Positions 19,228 through 28,907 of a DNA stretch of 64,000 bases are shown in pieces (the stretch's first letter is position 1; each line of letters begins with the position of its first letter). This DNA comes from Candidatus Bathyarchaeia archaeon. Its GTDB lineage: Archaea > Thermoproteota > Bathyarchaeia > Bathyarchaeales > Bathycorpusculaceae. The position numbers and the translations under genes are program-made. The stretch spans positions 50,671 to 114,670 of the forward strand of contig JBEKSS010000006.1 in NCBI GenBank assembly GCA_049516875.1, given 5' to 3'. The notes beneath the pieces are model-generated. The model had not been told where the DNA came from, made no database searches, and saw nothing but the letters and a program-made list of their open reading frames with translations.

Positions 19228-19836
19228 CTAACTGATGAATTCTGCTTTTATCAACGTCACGTTCGTCAATGGTTTGCCATCATTCGCGGGATAAATAGGC
19301 ACTTTGCTAATTGCGACAACGACGTCCATGCCTGCCACTACCTTGCCGAAAACCGAGTAATTGCTGTCCAAGACGGCAGGGTTCGTGTCCTTCAAGTTTA
19401 TGAAAAACTGGCTCGTAGCAGAGTTGGCTGCGACCGATCCATCGGGGTTACTTGCTTTCGCCATGGCCACGTATCCCGCCAAGTTGCTGTGCTTGTTGGG
19501 GAGCTCATCCTGAATCGTGGGCACTGTTATTCCCTTTGACGTGACGTCTCCGCCTTGGATCACGAAACCCGGAACAACTCGATGAAAGATTGTTCCGTCG
19601 TATGCGCCTATTTTTGTGAGGTTTTTGAAGTTCGCCGTTGTGATAGGCATGTCACCATACAGCTCAATCGTTATGTTTCCCATACTTGTCACGAGGAGAA
19701 CCGTGTTTGACTCCGTGTCCGCTGGCTTGCCACTATTCATCTGATAGGCCACGACCGCACTGATGATAACCATCAGGACGATTATGGCTATTATTGCATT
19801 TCTGACGTTATGAGACTTCTTACGCCTGTGCCGCAT
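19228..19836 (-). CDS. Membrane-anchored cyclophilin-type peptidyl-prolyl isomerase
   Basis: YDGTIFHRVVPGFVIQGGD, SATSQFFIN, YSVFGKVVAGMDVV; N-terminal TM helix. Confidence 0.93.
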   Translation of the reverse strand: MRHRRKKSHNVRNAIIAIIVLMVIISAVVAYQMNSGKPADTESNTVLLVTSMGNITIELYGDMPITTANFKNLTKIGAYDGTIFHRVVPGFVIQGGDVTSKGITVPTIQDELPNKHSNLAGYVAMAKASNPDGSVAANSATSQFFINLKDTNPAVLDSNYSVFGKVVAGMDVVVAISKVPIYPANDGKPLTNVTLIKAEFIS

Positions 19837-19919
19837 GGTAGAACCTTAGACACAAGAACATATAAACATTAGATCCCAAAAAGGGCCGAAACAACAATTG
19901 AAACACCTGCAAAAACAGG

Positions 19920-20025
19920 GGTTCTGGCTGTGTGTTGAGCAAGCTGACTAGGTGGGCGACGTTCTTCAAGTCAGCCTTTCCATCATAATTCCCTGGTACC
20001 CTGCTGGAAACGTCCGCGTGCGTAT
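19920..20025 (-). pseudogene. Orphan half dockerin-like domain
   Basis: ADVSSRVPGNYDGKADLKNVAHLVSLLNTQP aligns with GDVSGTTPGVYDGITNMKDIAYLVSVFNTKP at the C-terminus of 41271..44681. Confidence 0.6.
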
Positions 20026-20436
20026 AGGCTTCTTTCTGAACAAGAGTGTCCCCTGCCTTCATGAGCTAGCGAGCCGCCCAATCGTCAGGGTTTTTGTATT
20101 CAGTTCTTGGCCCTTCCTGCCACAATGCATCAAACAATTCAAGAAATTTCTTTCTTGGAAGTGGCTTGATCATCTTAAGACATCACTTGCAACATTCTGG
20201 AGCAGTATTACCATATATACCCGATTTCGAATGTTACAATATATCAAAAAACGATATGTGCTATTGAATACATATGCTGCACGTTCTGGTGCAAAACGGT
20301 TTCCCAAGATTTTGAGCGCAGAGCGAGGGTTCTATGATACATGCGGAAAGAAATATACCTTGAGCCGGGTTTCTTGCTGCAAGAAGCAATATATCTTGGG
20401 AGCTGCCCTATCACAACTTGAAGACTGGGTTCAACC

Positions 20437-20751
20437 GTGGGATTCTGGGGAAAAGTCGCCTTGTTTCTGATGCTGCTGTCGGCTGTCGACTTTTTTGTCG
20501 CTCTGTTTTTGCACGTACGCTTCACAGACGTGATGTTCATGGAGGGGATATTGATCTTCGCGTTTGGAGCGGTCATCGCTTCGGGAATCGGAAACCTTCG
20601 CAGAGAGACATGGACAACGTTGAAAACGGATCCCCAAGGTCACACAGAATACTTGGAGGATCAACGTTCAAAAGAAGATAGAGACGGAATCATACTAATG
20701 ATCGTAGGTGCGATTATCATAAGCTTGTCCATCGCCGCAGCTCTATGGTAG
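20437..20751 (+). CDS. Small three-TM membrane protein
   Basis: Three hydrophobic segments in 104 aa. Confidence 0.7.
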   Translation: MGFWGKVALFLMLLSAVDFFVALFLHVRFTDVMFMEGILIFAFGAVIASGIGNLRRETWTTLKTDPQGHTEYLEDQRSKEDRDGIILMIVGAIIISLSIAAALW

Positions 20752-20977
20752 AGAGCCAGCGCGCTGAAAGCAGTCACAATTCTTCGGCAACGGCAACGAG
20801 CGCGGTAGAGGAAATGAAGCTCGCGGAAGGTGGGCTTGAATATGCATACACAGCTCAAGAAGCTATGACGCTGTTCAAGAAAGGAAAGTAAAATGAACGG
20901 AACTTCGTGTTGATAATGAAAAACACAGAGTAACAAATATAAGCAAGAATTGTCCCATGGAACTCGATCGGTGTATC

Positions 20978-21955
20978 ATGATGAGTATCTGGAAGCTTCG
21001 TTTGTCTATGGCTGGGACGCTTGCCCTAATACTGGGTTTGTCAACACTGTTCTTCACGGTCATTCTGAGTCTGACCGGAGCTTTTGATTCTGGAAATCTT
21101 GGGTTCTTGATGCTAGGTGTTCTGGTTGCAGGGTTTAACGTTGTCCAGTGGCTTGTTTCACCCTACATAATCGATGCTCTGTACCACGTGCGTGCGATGT
21201 CTGCAACTGAGGAGCCGAAGCTTCATGAGGTTGTTGATGACCTCAGCAGGAAGAGTAACATTAGCAAGCCTAGGCTTATGCTTGCGCAAATCCCGATACC
21301 AAACGCTTTTGCCTACGGTTCGCCAATAGCTGGAACTCGCATAGCCGTTACGAGTGGGCTTTTGAAAACGTTGGACCAAGGTGAGGTTGAAGCTGTCGTC
21401 GGACATGAACTTGGACACCTAAGACACAGGGACGTGCAGATCATGATGTTCGTTTCATTGTTGCCTGCAGTGGCCTACTTCATAGGTTACTCCCTCATGC
21501 TTTCAGGCATGTTCGGAGGAAACCAAAAGAATCAAAGCAGCGGCGCAGTGATAGGCATAGTCTTCATGGCTTTTTCATTTATAATGAACCTGTTCATACT
21601 TAATCTCAGCAGGCTACGCGAATACTACGCTGACAGACACAGCGCGTCAATTGTCGACGGCGGCTCAGAGAAACTCTCGACAGGACTGGCAAAAATAGTA
21701 AGTGCAAGCAAGAACATGGGAAGGATGAAACAGCAAACAAAGAACCTGAACGGCTTCAAAGCGCTGTTCATCACCGACCCTGACCGCGCAAACGTTGATT
21801 CTGCTGAATTATCCGCTATGTCAGTCGGAGACAAGCAAAAGCTAGTTCAAGAGATAATGTCAAAGAAGCTGACAACTGGCGATCGGATCCTTGAGATCCT
21901 CTCAACACACCCCAACATAGTCAAGCGACTGAAAGCCTTACAAGAGCTGGCCTAA
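20978..21955 (+). CDS. htpX: M48 zinc metalloprotease HtpX
   Basis: PNAFAYG, GHELGHLRHRD, SRLREYYAD, STHPNIVKRL; TM helices. Confidence 0.93.
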   Translation: MMSIWKLRLSMAGTLALILGLSTLFFTVILSLTGAFDSGNLGFLMLGVLVAGFNVVQWLVSPYIIDALYHVRAMSATEEPKLHEVVDDLSRKSNISKPRLMLAQIPIPNAFAYGSPIAGTRIAVTSGLLKTLDQGEVEAVVGHELGHLRHRDVQIMMFVSLLPAVAYFIGYSLMLSGMFGGNQKNQSSGAVIGIVFMAFSFIMNLFILNLSRLREYYADRHSASIVDGGSEKLSTGLAKIVSASKNMGRMKQQTKNLNGFKALFITDPDRANVDSAELSAMSVGDKQKLVQEIMSKKLTTGDRILEILSTHPNIVKRLKALQELA

Positions 21956-22057
21956 CAGCCTAGATATTTCTCCAATTCTTGCCTTTCTCTCCTTTTTGTT
22001 ACAGCAAAAGTTAAAGGTCACAGGCCAGCCTACTTGCACTCAACAGGCGTGATCTCC

Positions 22058-23284
22058 ATGCAGGCTCAGAAAGTTTTCTCAGAGATAGAAGAATTGAAGA
22101 CCGACATGACCCGTGTTCTGATGGAGCTAATTCGCATACCCGCAGTGTCTCCTGAAAACGGTGGAGAAGGAGAACTAATGAAGGCTGAAAGACTAATCAA
22201 AATTCTTGACGACGTGGGGTTTGACAAGATAGAACGGCACGATGCAACGGACGAAAGGGTGCCGTCGAAGAAGAGGCCTAACATAATCGCCTACTGTCAA
22301 GGGGAGAAAACCGCAGAAAAACTCTGGATAGTGACACACCTAGACATAGTCCCGCCTGGGGAAGACTCATTCTGGACCGTAACCAAACCTTTTGAACCTC
22401 TAGTCAAAGACGGCCGAGTGTACGGTAGGGGCAGTGAAGACAACACGCAGTCGACGGTTGCCTCCATTTTCGCAATGAAGGCCCTGAAGAATCTAAAGGT
22501 GAAACCGAAAAGAACAGTAGCCCTGTGTTTCGTTGCGGATGAAGAACAAGAGAGCACGTACGGCATCCGACACCTAATAAAGCAGCACCTTTTCAAGGCC
22601 GAAGACTTGGTGGTTGTGCCCGACGGCGGAAGAGAGGATGGAAGCTTCATAGAGATTGCCGAGAAAAGCGTTCTGTGGCTAAGAATGCGCACGATTGGAA
22701 AGCAGACTCATGCAAGCCGACCTGAGACTGGCCTCAATGCCAACCGCATCGGAATGCAGTATGCGTTGGCGCTCGACAAGATCCTGCACAAGGAATACCC
22801 TGCTAGGGACAAGAGTTTCGACCCGCCAACGTGCACCTTCGAACCAACGAAGAGGGATAGAAACGTCGACGCCGTGAACATCGTTCCCGGTGAAGACACG
22901 AACCATTTTGACTGCAGAATACTGCCACGCTACAGCCCAGACGAAGTGCTAGGCACCGTGCGCAGAGTTGCGGCAGACTTTGAAAAGAAAACTGGAGCGA
23001 AAATAGAAATCGAAGTAGTGCACAAAACCGTTGCTCCCAAACCGACAGACGCTGACGCCCGCGTGGTCGTCATGCTGAGAGAGGCAATAAGAAAGAGTCT
23101 GAAGGTAAGGCTGAAAGTCGGGGGAATAGGTGGAGGAACATGCGCTGCATACTTCCGTGAAGTTGGTATCCCGGCGGTTGTTTGGGGCGCAATGGACGAA
23201 GTTGCACACGCGGCTAACGAGTACGCGAAAACAGAGAATCTCGTCAAAGAAGCCAAAGTGTTTGCTTATCTGGCGACCCTGTAG
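22058..23284 (+). CDS. M20 family metallohydrolase (ArgE/DapE-like)
   Basis: THLDIVPPG, YGRGSEDN, DEE, HASRP, GGGT, AHAANEY. Confidence 0.92.
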   Translation: MQAQKVFSEIEELKTDMTRVLMELIRIPAVSPENGGEGELMKAERLIKILDDVGFDKIERHDATDERVPSKKRPNIIAYCQGEKTAEKLWIVTHLDIVPPGEDSFWTVTKPFEPLVKDGRVYGRGSEDNTQSTVASIFAMKALKNLKVKPKRTVALCFVADEEQESTYGIRHLIKQHLFKAEDLVVVPDGGREDGSFIEIAEKSVLWLRMRTIGKQTHASRPETGLNANRIGMQYALALDKILHKEYPARDKSFDPPTCTFEPTKRDRNVDAVNIVPGEDTNHFDCRILPRYSPDEVLGTVRRVAADFEKKTGAKIEIEVVHKTVAPKPTDADARVVVMLREAIRKSLKVRLKVGGIGGGTCAAYFREVGIPAVVWGAMDEVAHAANEYAKTENLVKEAKVFAYLATL

Positions 23285-23462
23285 TTGCAACTGCCAAATC
23301 AGCCAGTGCTCAAGCACTTTTGTCTAGGTAGTGTCACAGCAGCTTCAGGCCTCTGTGATGAAAATTCAAGGCGCATTCTGCAACTTGTCTGAGTCACGCT
23401 TGATATAGCAAAATCATTTTAAGCCATATTGTTTGTTTATCTCCAACACGGAGCTGTGGACT

Positions 23463-24158
23463 TTGAAAGAGACTTCTCGCATATTGTCTCAGGCATGCAA
23501 AGAGGGACGAAAGTCTCTTCTTGAAACCGAAGCGGAGACTGTCTGCATGGAGTACGGCATACCGGTCACAAGGTTTGAGTTAGCAAGAAGCGAAGGGGAA
23601 GCAGTCAAGTTCGCAAGTGCAATCGGCTTTCCTACGGTTTTGAAGATTGTTTCGCCGGACATCATCCACAAGTCGGACATAGGCGGTGTTATCATCGGCC
23701 TGAAGAACGCAGACGACATACGCCACGGTTACAACCAGATATTGCAGAATGTCAAGAAGCACGATCCAAAAGCCAAGATTGCAGGCATCTTGGTCCAAGA
23801 GATGGCCCCGCCTTCAACAGAGGTCATAGTGGGCGCCATCAAGGATCCGCAGTTCGGCCCTGCAATAATGTTTGGGCTGGGCGGAGTCTTCGTCGAAGTT
23901 TTGAAGGACGTAGCCTTCAGGATTGCCCCTATAACAGAAGATGACGCTCGTGAGATGATAAGCGGAGTGAAAGCTTATCCGCTGTTGAAAGGTTACCGAA
24001 ATACGCCTCCAGCAGACGTAGACGCGATAGCGAAGATTCTGCTGAGCACTTCGAAACTGGTCACTGACCATCTGGAAATCAAAGAGTTAGATCTGAACCC
24101 CGTTATCGTCTACGAAAAAGGGGCAAAAACCGTCGATGCACGGATAATACTGGAATAG
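23463..24158 (+). CDS. ADP-forming acyl-CoA synthetase, beta (ATP-grasp) subunit
   Basis: LKIVSPDIIHKSDIGGV, DPQFGPAIMFGLGGVFVE, ELDLNP, VDARI. Confidence 0.92.
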   Translation: MKETSRILSQACKEGRKSLLETEAETVCMEYGIPVTRFELARSEGEAVKFASAIGFPTVLKIVSPDIIHKSDIGGVIIGLKNADDIRHGYNQILQNVKKHDPKAKIAGILVQEMAPPSTEVIVGAIKDPQFGPAIMFGLGGVFVEVLKDVAFRIAPITEDDAREMISGVKAYPLLKGYRNTPPADVDAIAKILLSTSKLVTDHLEIKELDLNPVIVYEKGAKTVDARIILE

Positions 24159-24255
24159 ACTTGGAACCCAATTTGTCGATGTGACTTCTGACAGGAACAG
24201 GTGGTCGAGACTATCAAACGGTTTTTGCGTTGCGAAACTAAAGGGTTGTGAACCT

Positions 24256-25131
24256 TTGTCACAGCGTAAGAAAACTGAAATAATCGCAGAGTTGAACGAG
24301 AAGCTTTCGATACTGAAAGACCAGCAGAATAGACTGGAAGCTGAAGCACGCGAACGGGCGGAGAAGCGCAATAAGCTTCATGGACGGATGAAAACGATGC
24401 GAGACGAGGCTCTTGAGCTTCGGGGTCAAAGAGACGAACTGAACAGCAGAGTCAAAGAATTGAAGCAAAAACGAAACGACGTGACAGCCAGAATCCATGA
24501 AAAACTCGAAGAAATGGAGAAGCTTAGAGAAGAGAGCAAGGCTCTAGCAAAGAGAAAACCTTCGAGGAGCCATGTAACTCTGCAGAAAGAGGTTGAGAGC
24601 ATCGACTGGACGATTCAAACGACTTCCTTGACATTGCAAGAGGACAAGGAGTTGGTGGAGAAAGTGAAGCAATTGGAGACACAGTTGGCAATCTATAGGA
24701 AGCTCGAACGACTGAGTAAAAAAACCGCTCAGCTGCGAATCGAGGTGAGGGCGATGAAGTCTGAAAGCGAGCTTTTGCACGGGCAATTGACGGAAAACGC
24801 ACAGAAAAGTCAAGAAACTCACGGGAAGATGCTTGAAAGAATCGAGGAATCAAAAGCAGTCAAAACGGAGGCCGACGGTATGCACAAGCAATTCTTGCAG
24901 GCGAAAGAAACAACTGGACCGCTGCAAGAAGAGGTGAAAGTGCTGTTAACTCAAATCAGGCAGTTAAAGGGAGAAGTGCGGGAGGAAGTGCAGAAGGAAA
25001 AAAAGGAGAGCCAGGATGCTCTTCGCGAAACTCTTGAAAAGCAGGCAAAGGAGAAGTTGAAACATGGCGAAAAGTTGAGCTGGGAAGAATTTCAACTTCT
25101 CGCAGAAAAGGGAATGACAGACCAAGATTGA
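24256..25131 (+). CDS. Archaeal long coiled-coil protein (COG1340-like)
   Basis: E/K/R-rich heptads; IDWTIQTTSLTLQEDKELV; GEKLSWEEFQLL C-terminus. Confidence 0.8.
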   Translation: MSQRKKTEIIAELNEKLSILKDQQNRLEAEARERAEKRNKLHGRMKTMRDEALELRGQRDELNSRVKELKQKRNDVTARIHEKLEEMEKLREESKALAKRKPSRSHVTLQKEVESIDWTIQTTSLTLQEDKELVEKVKQLETQLAIYRKLERLSKKTAQLRIEVRAMKSESELLHGQLTENAQKSQETHGKMLERIEESKAVKTEADGMHKQFLQAKETTGPLQEEVKVLLTQIRQLKGEVREEVQKEKKESQDALRETLEKQAKEKLKHGEKLSWEEFQLLAEKGMTDQD

Positions 25132-25165
25132 AGTGGCCGTCTGTTACAAGCAGGGTTGAGAAACC

Positions 25166-26437
25166 TTAGTCTACTATTCTTCCTTTCTCTGCCACTAGTT
25201 TTCCGTCTTTGAAGACTTTCTCTGCTAGGTTAATGCCGTAGTGATATGCAAAGAACTTGTGATTTGGTGCATCAAAGATGACTATGTCTGCCTTTTTTCC
25301 CTCCTCCAAGCTTCCTATTTCATGGGCTCTCTCTATAGAGTGTGCAGCGTTGATTGTTGATGCTGTAAGCGCCTCCTCTGTGGTCATTCTCATCTGGAGA
25401 ATTGCAATAGTTATCATCATCTGCATTGATTCGCACATGTCTGCCGCGCTCAGATCGGTTCCTAGCGCTATGGGCAGTCTTTTGTTGATGATTTCTCTCG
25501 CTTTTGCATACGTGCCCAAATAGCAGAATGGGGTTGTTGGCAAGAATGTTCCGATTATGCCTTTTTTCACCAGAGCTTCGATTTCCTCGGGTGGTGTGAA
25601 GATTAGGTGGTCAGCGGAGATGACTCCCAGCTCTGCGCCTAGTTTTGCTCCTCCGCTATGAGCCAGCCAGTCAGCATGAATTCTCAACTTCATTCCGTAT
25701 TTTCTGCCCGCCTCGAGTATTCGCCTAGACTGCTCTACGTTGAAGTATCCTTTCTCGCAGAACACGTCACAGTATTCAGCCAGTTTTCTCTTCGCAACTT
25801 CTGGAATCCATTTTTTAACTACTTCATCTGTTAACTGATCAACCTTGTTTTCGTATTCGAAGGGAATGCCTTGAGCCATGAAAGTTGGAATCAAGTCGAC
25901 TGGATGCATCTCGTTAAGTGCTTTGATTATTTCTAGTTGTCTGATTTCGCCTTGAAGCGTCATTTCATATCCGCTTTTCGCTTCTATCGTTGTCGTGCCG
26001 TGCAGTAGCATCGTGTCAAGTATTCTGATGGTTTTTTTGAGCAGTTCTTCTGTGGATGTTTCGCCAGTCTTTTTTAGGGTTGTCGGCATTCCTCCTCCTC
26101 TTGCTTTGATTTCCAAGTACGGCGTACCTTTCACAGCCATCTGCTCAAGTTCTTCCTCTCTTGAACCGGCGAAAACCAGGTGGACGTGAGGATCGATGAG
26201 TCCCGGCGTGACGAGTTTACCGCTTGCGTCTATGACTTCAAACCCTTTTTCAAGCCTGTCCAAGACCTCCTTCGTAGTGCCGACGGCCACTATTCTTCCA
26301 TCTTCGACTGCGACTGCTCCGTCTTCTATTATGGCCAGATCATTCATTTCCTCTTTGATCTGGGGTTTGCAGCTTTTTCCCCTCAGAGTCGCTAGCTCAT
26401 TTGCGTTGATTATTGCGAAATCAGCTCTTATCGCCAT
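25166..26437 (-). CDS. Imidazolonepropionase-like amidohydrolase (divergent HutI)
   Basis: PGLIDPHVHLVFAGSREEE, GTTTIEAKSGY, DVFCEKG, SADHL, GSLEEGKKAD; several substrate-site motifs altered (see findings). Confidence 0.85.
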   Translation of the reverse strand: MAIRADFAIINANELATLRGKSCKPQIKEEMNDLAIIEDGAVAVEDGRIVAVGTTKEVLDRLEKGFEVIDASGKLVTPGLIDPHVHLVFAGSREEELEQMAVKGTPYLEIKARGGGMPTTLKKTGETSTEELLKKTIRILDTMLLHGTTTIEAKSGYEMTLQGEIRQLEIIKALNEMHPVDLIPTFMAQGIPFEYENKVDQLTDEVVKKWIPEVAKRKLAEYCDVFCEKGYFNVEQSRRILEAGRKYGMKLRIHADWLAHSGGAKLGAELGVISADHLIFTPPEEIEALVKKGIIGTFLPTTPFCYLGTYAKAREIINKRLPIALGTDLSAADMCESMQMMITIAILQMRMTTEEALTASTINAAHSIERAHEIGSLEEGKKADIVIFDAPNHKFFAYHYGINLAEKVFKDGKLVAEKGRIVD

Positions 26438-26468
26438 GTTTTCTCCTCTTTTCACGGGTATGCGAGCG

Positions 26469-27797
26469 CTACACGTCTAGATACTTCTTTCTTTCCCACT
26501 CGTGCACGGTGGCGTTGTAGTCCTTCCACTCCTTAGTTTTGAGTTCCAGGAATTTTTCGCAGAATGCTTTTCCCAAAGCGTCTTGCAAGCACTTGTCTTT
26601 AGAGAATTCGTTCAAAGCATCTCCTAGAGTTCCGGGAAGCACTCCTATGCCTTTCTTGGCTCTTTCTTTTTCGCTCATCTCGTAAATATCCTCTTCGACA
26701 GGCTCTGGAAGCTCAGTTCTTCTTTTGATGCCATCCAAGCCGGCGGCCAGGATAGCGGCAAACGCAAGGTAGAAATTGCAAGATCCATCCGTGGGCCTGT
26801 ACTCCAACCTGGTTCTCATCCCTTTTCCAGGTGGAACCCTGACGAGAACTGACCGGTTATACTTGGCCCACGAAAGGTAGACTGGGGCCTCCCACCCTGG
26901 TACAAGCCGTTTGTACGAGTTAACGGACGGGTTAGTCACGGCTGCTAAAGCCTTTGCGTGAGCTAACAACCCGGCTATGAAATTCAGGGCAGTCTTGCTC
27001 AGGCCATAGCTTCCTTTTGGATCATAAAACAGATTCTGAGCCTTCTTATCGTTTGTAAGACTGACGTGAGTGTGCAGTCCACATCCATAGCCGCCGTGAA
27101 AAGGCTTCGGCATAAAAGAGGCAAAAAGTCCCCTTCTGGCCGCTGTCATCTTCACAACAAACTTGACCAAGTAAATCGTGTCAGCCATTCTCAGTGCATC
27201 CGCATAGGCCAGGTTCAGCTCGGATTTTCCCGGAGGCACTTCATGATGATGCTTTTCAACCAGAACACCGGCGTTTCTAAGATTCTCCGTAATCTCAAGT
27301 CTCAAATCAGCGCCAACATCTGCTGGAGGACTAGCCAAATATCCTGCTTCATCGATTAGTCTTATGCTGCCGTCTTCGCCCTTTTTGAAAACGAAATACT
27401 CTATCTCGCTGCACGCGTTATACTTGACACTGGTCCCCAGGTTCTTCTTGGAATCGTTCACAACCTTCTTAAGTATGAACCTTGGGTCAAGCTCAAAAAG
27501 TTTATCTGATTCCGGCTCGTAAATGTCACAAACCACTCTTGCCACTTTCTGAGGGAAAAGACTGGTTGGCAGAATGGCGAACGTGTCCACGTCCGGCACG
27601 AGTTTCAAGTCGCTTTTGCTTATGTCTACCATGTCGACGGATGAACCATCCGTGTGTATGCCGTCTTCAGCAACCTTTGACAACATCTCAGAGGGAATCC
27701 AAAGAGAGTGCAAGATGCCAGACAAGTCCGTAAACTGTAACACTATCTCCTTCACGTTTTCCTTTTCAACTATCTTCACAACCTCAGACATGCTCAT
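26469..27797 (-). CDS. glnA: Type I glutamine synthetase family protein
   Basis: LQFTDLSG, TDGSSV, HHHEVPPG, FMPKP, GLHTH, NSYKRLVPGWEAP, NRSVLVRVP, RLEYRPTD. Confidence 0.88.
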   Translation of the reverse strand: MSMSEVVKIVEKENVKEIVLQFTDLSGILHSLWIPSEMLSKVAEDGIHTDGSSVDMVDISKSDLKLVPDVDTFAILPTSLFPQKVARVVCDIYEPESDKLFELDPRFILKKVVNDSKKNLGTSVKYNACSEIEYFVFKKGEDGSIRLIDEAGYLASPPADVGADLRLEITENLRNAGVLVEKHHHEVPPGKSELNLAYADALRMADTIYLVKFVVKMTAARRGLFASFMPKPFHGGYGCGLHTHVSLTNDKKAQNLFYDPKGSYGLSKTALNFIAGLLAHAKALAAVTNPSVNSYKRLVPGWEAPVYLSWAKYNRSVLVRVPPGKGMRTRLEYRPTDGSCNFYLAFAAILAAGLDGIKRRTELPEPVEEDIYEMSEKERAKKGIGVLPGTLGDALNEFSKDKCLQDALGKAFCEKFLELKTKEWKDYNATVHEWERKKYLDV

Positions 27798-27909
27798 TCC
27801 AATCCCTCACAGAACATCACCTCTTCTTTTATATTATTTTTCTTCTGCATGCGCGCTAGACTTATATTTCGCTGGAATCAGAGCTCCTAGAAGGATTGGA
27901 GATTACTGA

Positions 27910-28815
27910 ATGGAGTTTAGGGTAAACGGGATTCCAATTGAAGATACTTTCTGTGAGACGTTTACAGTTCGAATCGCCAGGATACTTGTAACCTCTGTAA
28001 ACAGAAAATGGGCTCTGGAATCAGCCTTGGAAACCAAAGGCCTTGGCAGATCAGCCACTATTCCACCTTCAGAAGCCTCCATAGAGGCTGAAGCTAAGCC
28101 TGAAGAGACTCCCGACGGCAGACCGGGTTTCATAATCCAGTTCATTGACAGAAAGCCGGAGCCGTTGAAAGAATGGCTCGTAGTCAGAATAAGGAAGGGA
28201 ATCATGCCCTATCCTAAGACTAGCGTGTTTGATGTTTTGCCATCGGGAATGGCTGAGGAATTTGTGGATATCAAGGGCACAATCATACAGACCTTCGGAG
28301 ACGGATTTGAAGAGGAAACCGAGGTTTTCGGAAAGAAGGTTTTCAAGATACCGAGGATGGACGGTTATTTTCTTGTTGAAAGAAGATTCGGAATCGCGAA
28401 AGGCGTGGCTGGTGGCATGTTCCTGATTCTAGCGAGGTCGGATGAAGCCGCGTTGAAAGCTGCTGAACGGGCTGTTGAGGACACGAAAACCGTTCCTTAT
28501 GTAGTCGGGAAGTTTGCTGCTTCCGGAACCAAGGTCGGAGGGAAAAACTACAAGGATGCTATAGCCACAACCAATGATGCATACTGTCCTTGCCTGGCGG
28601 GAAACGAGGGGAGCAAGATCCCTGAGGGCGTGAAATGCGTCTACGAAGTCATAGTCAGTGGATTAAGGCTGGAGGATGTAAGTAGAGCAATGAGAGTCGG
28701 CATAGAAAACGCGACAAAGGCTCATGGAGTGACGAGAATAACCACAGCAAACTATGGTGGAACCTTGGGTAAAGGCAAAATTCATCTACAAAGCTTGTTT
28801 GACCTCAAAAGTTGA
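27910..28815 (+). CDS. ftr: Formylmethanofuran:tetrahydromethanopterin formyltransferase paralog (divergent)
   Basis: VNGIPIEDTFCETF, TPDGRPG, FGDGFE, IPRMDG, GVAGG, TNDAYCP, VYEVIV, NYGGTLGK. Confidence 0.85.
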   Translation: MEFRVNGIPIEDTFCETFTVRIARILVTSVNRKWALESALETKGLGRSATIPPSEASIEAEAKPEETPDGRPGFIIQFIDRKPEPLKEWLVVRIRKGIMPYPKTSVFDVLPSGMAEEFVDIKGTIIQTFGDGFEEETEVFGKKVFKIPRMDGYFLVERRFGIAKGVAGGMFLILARSDEAALKAAERAVEDTKTVPYVVGKFAASGTKVGGKNYKDAIATTNDAYCPCLAGNEGSKIPEGVKCVYEVIVSGLRLEDVSRAMRVGIENATKAHGVTRITTANYGGTLGKGKIHLQSLFDLKS

Positions 28816-28907
28816 AGACATCCTGCGACATGAGCGAACCTAGCGCGTGCTAGAAACAGAAGATTAAAGTGGGCATTCATCAATTATACTCACGTAACGA
28901 GATACCT

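Noticed and set aside
19952-20470. 172-aa plus-strand ORF
   Set aside because: No recognisable motifs; overlaps the dockerin relic on the opposite strand and the next gene
23355-23392. C/D box sRNA (GTGATGA...CTGA)
   Set aside because: Only 38 nt with no recognisable C'/D' boxes; too short for an archaeal dual-guide RNA
23463-24158. ACD beta subunit without alpha
   Set aside because: Unlinked alpha and beta genes are common in archaea
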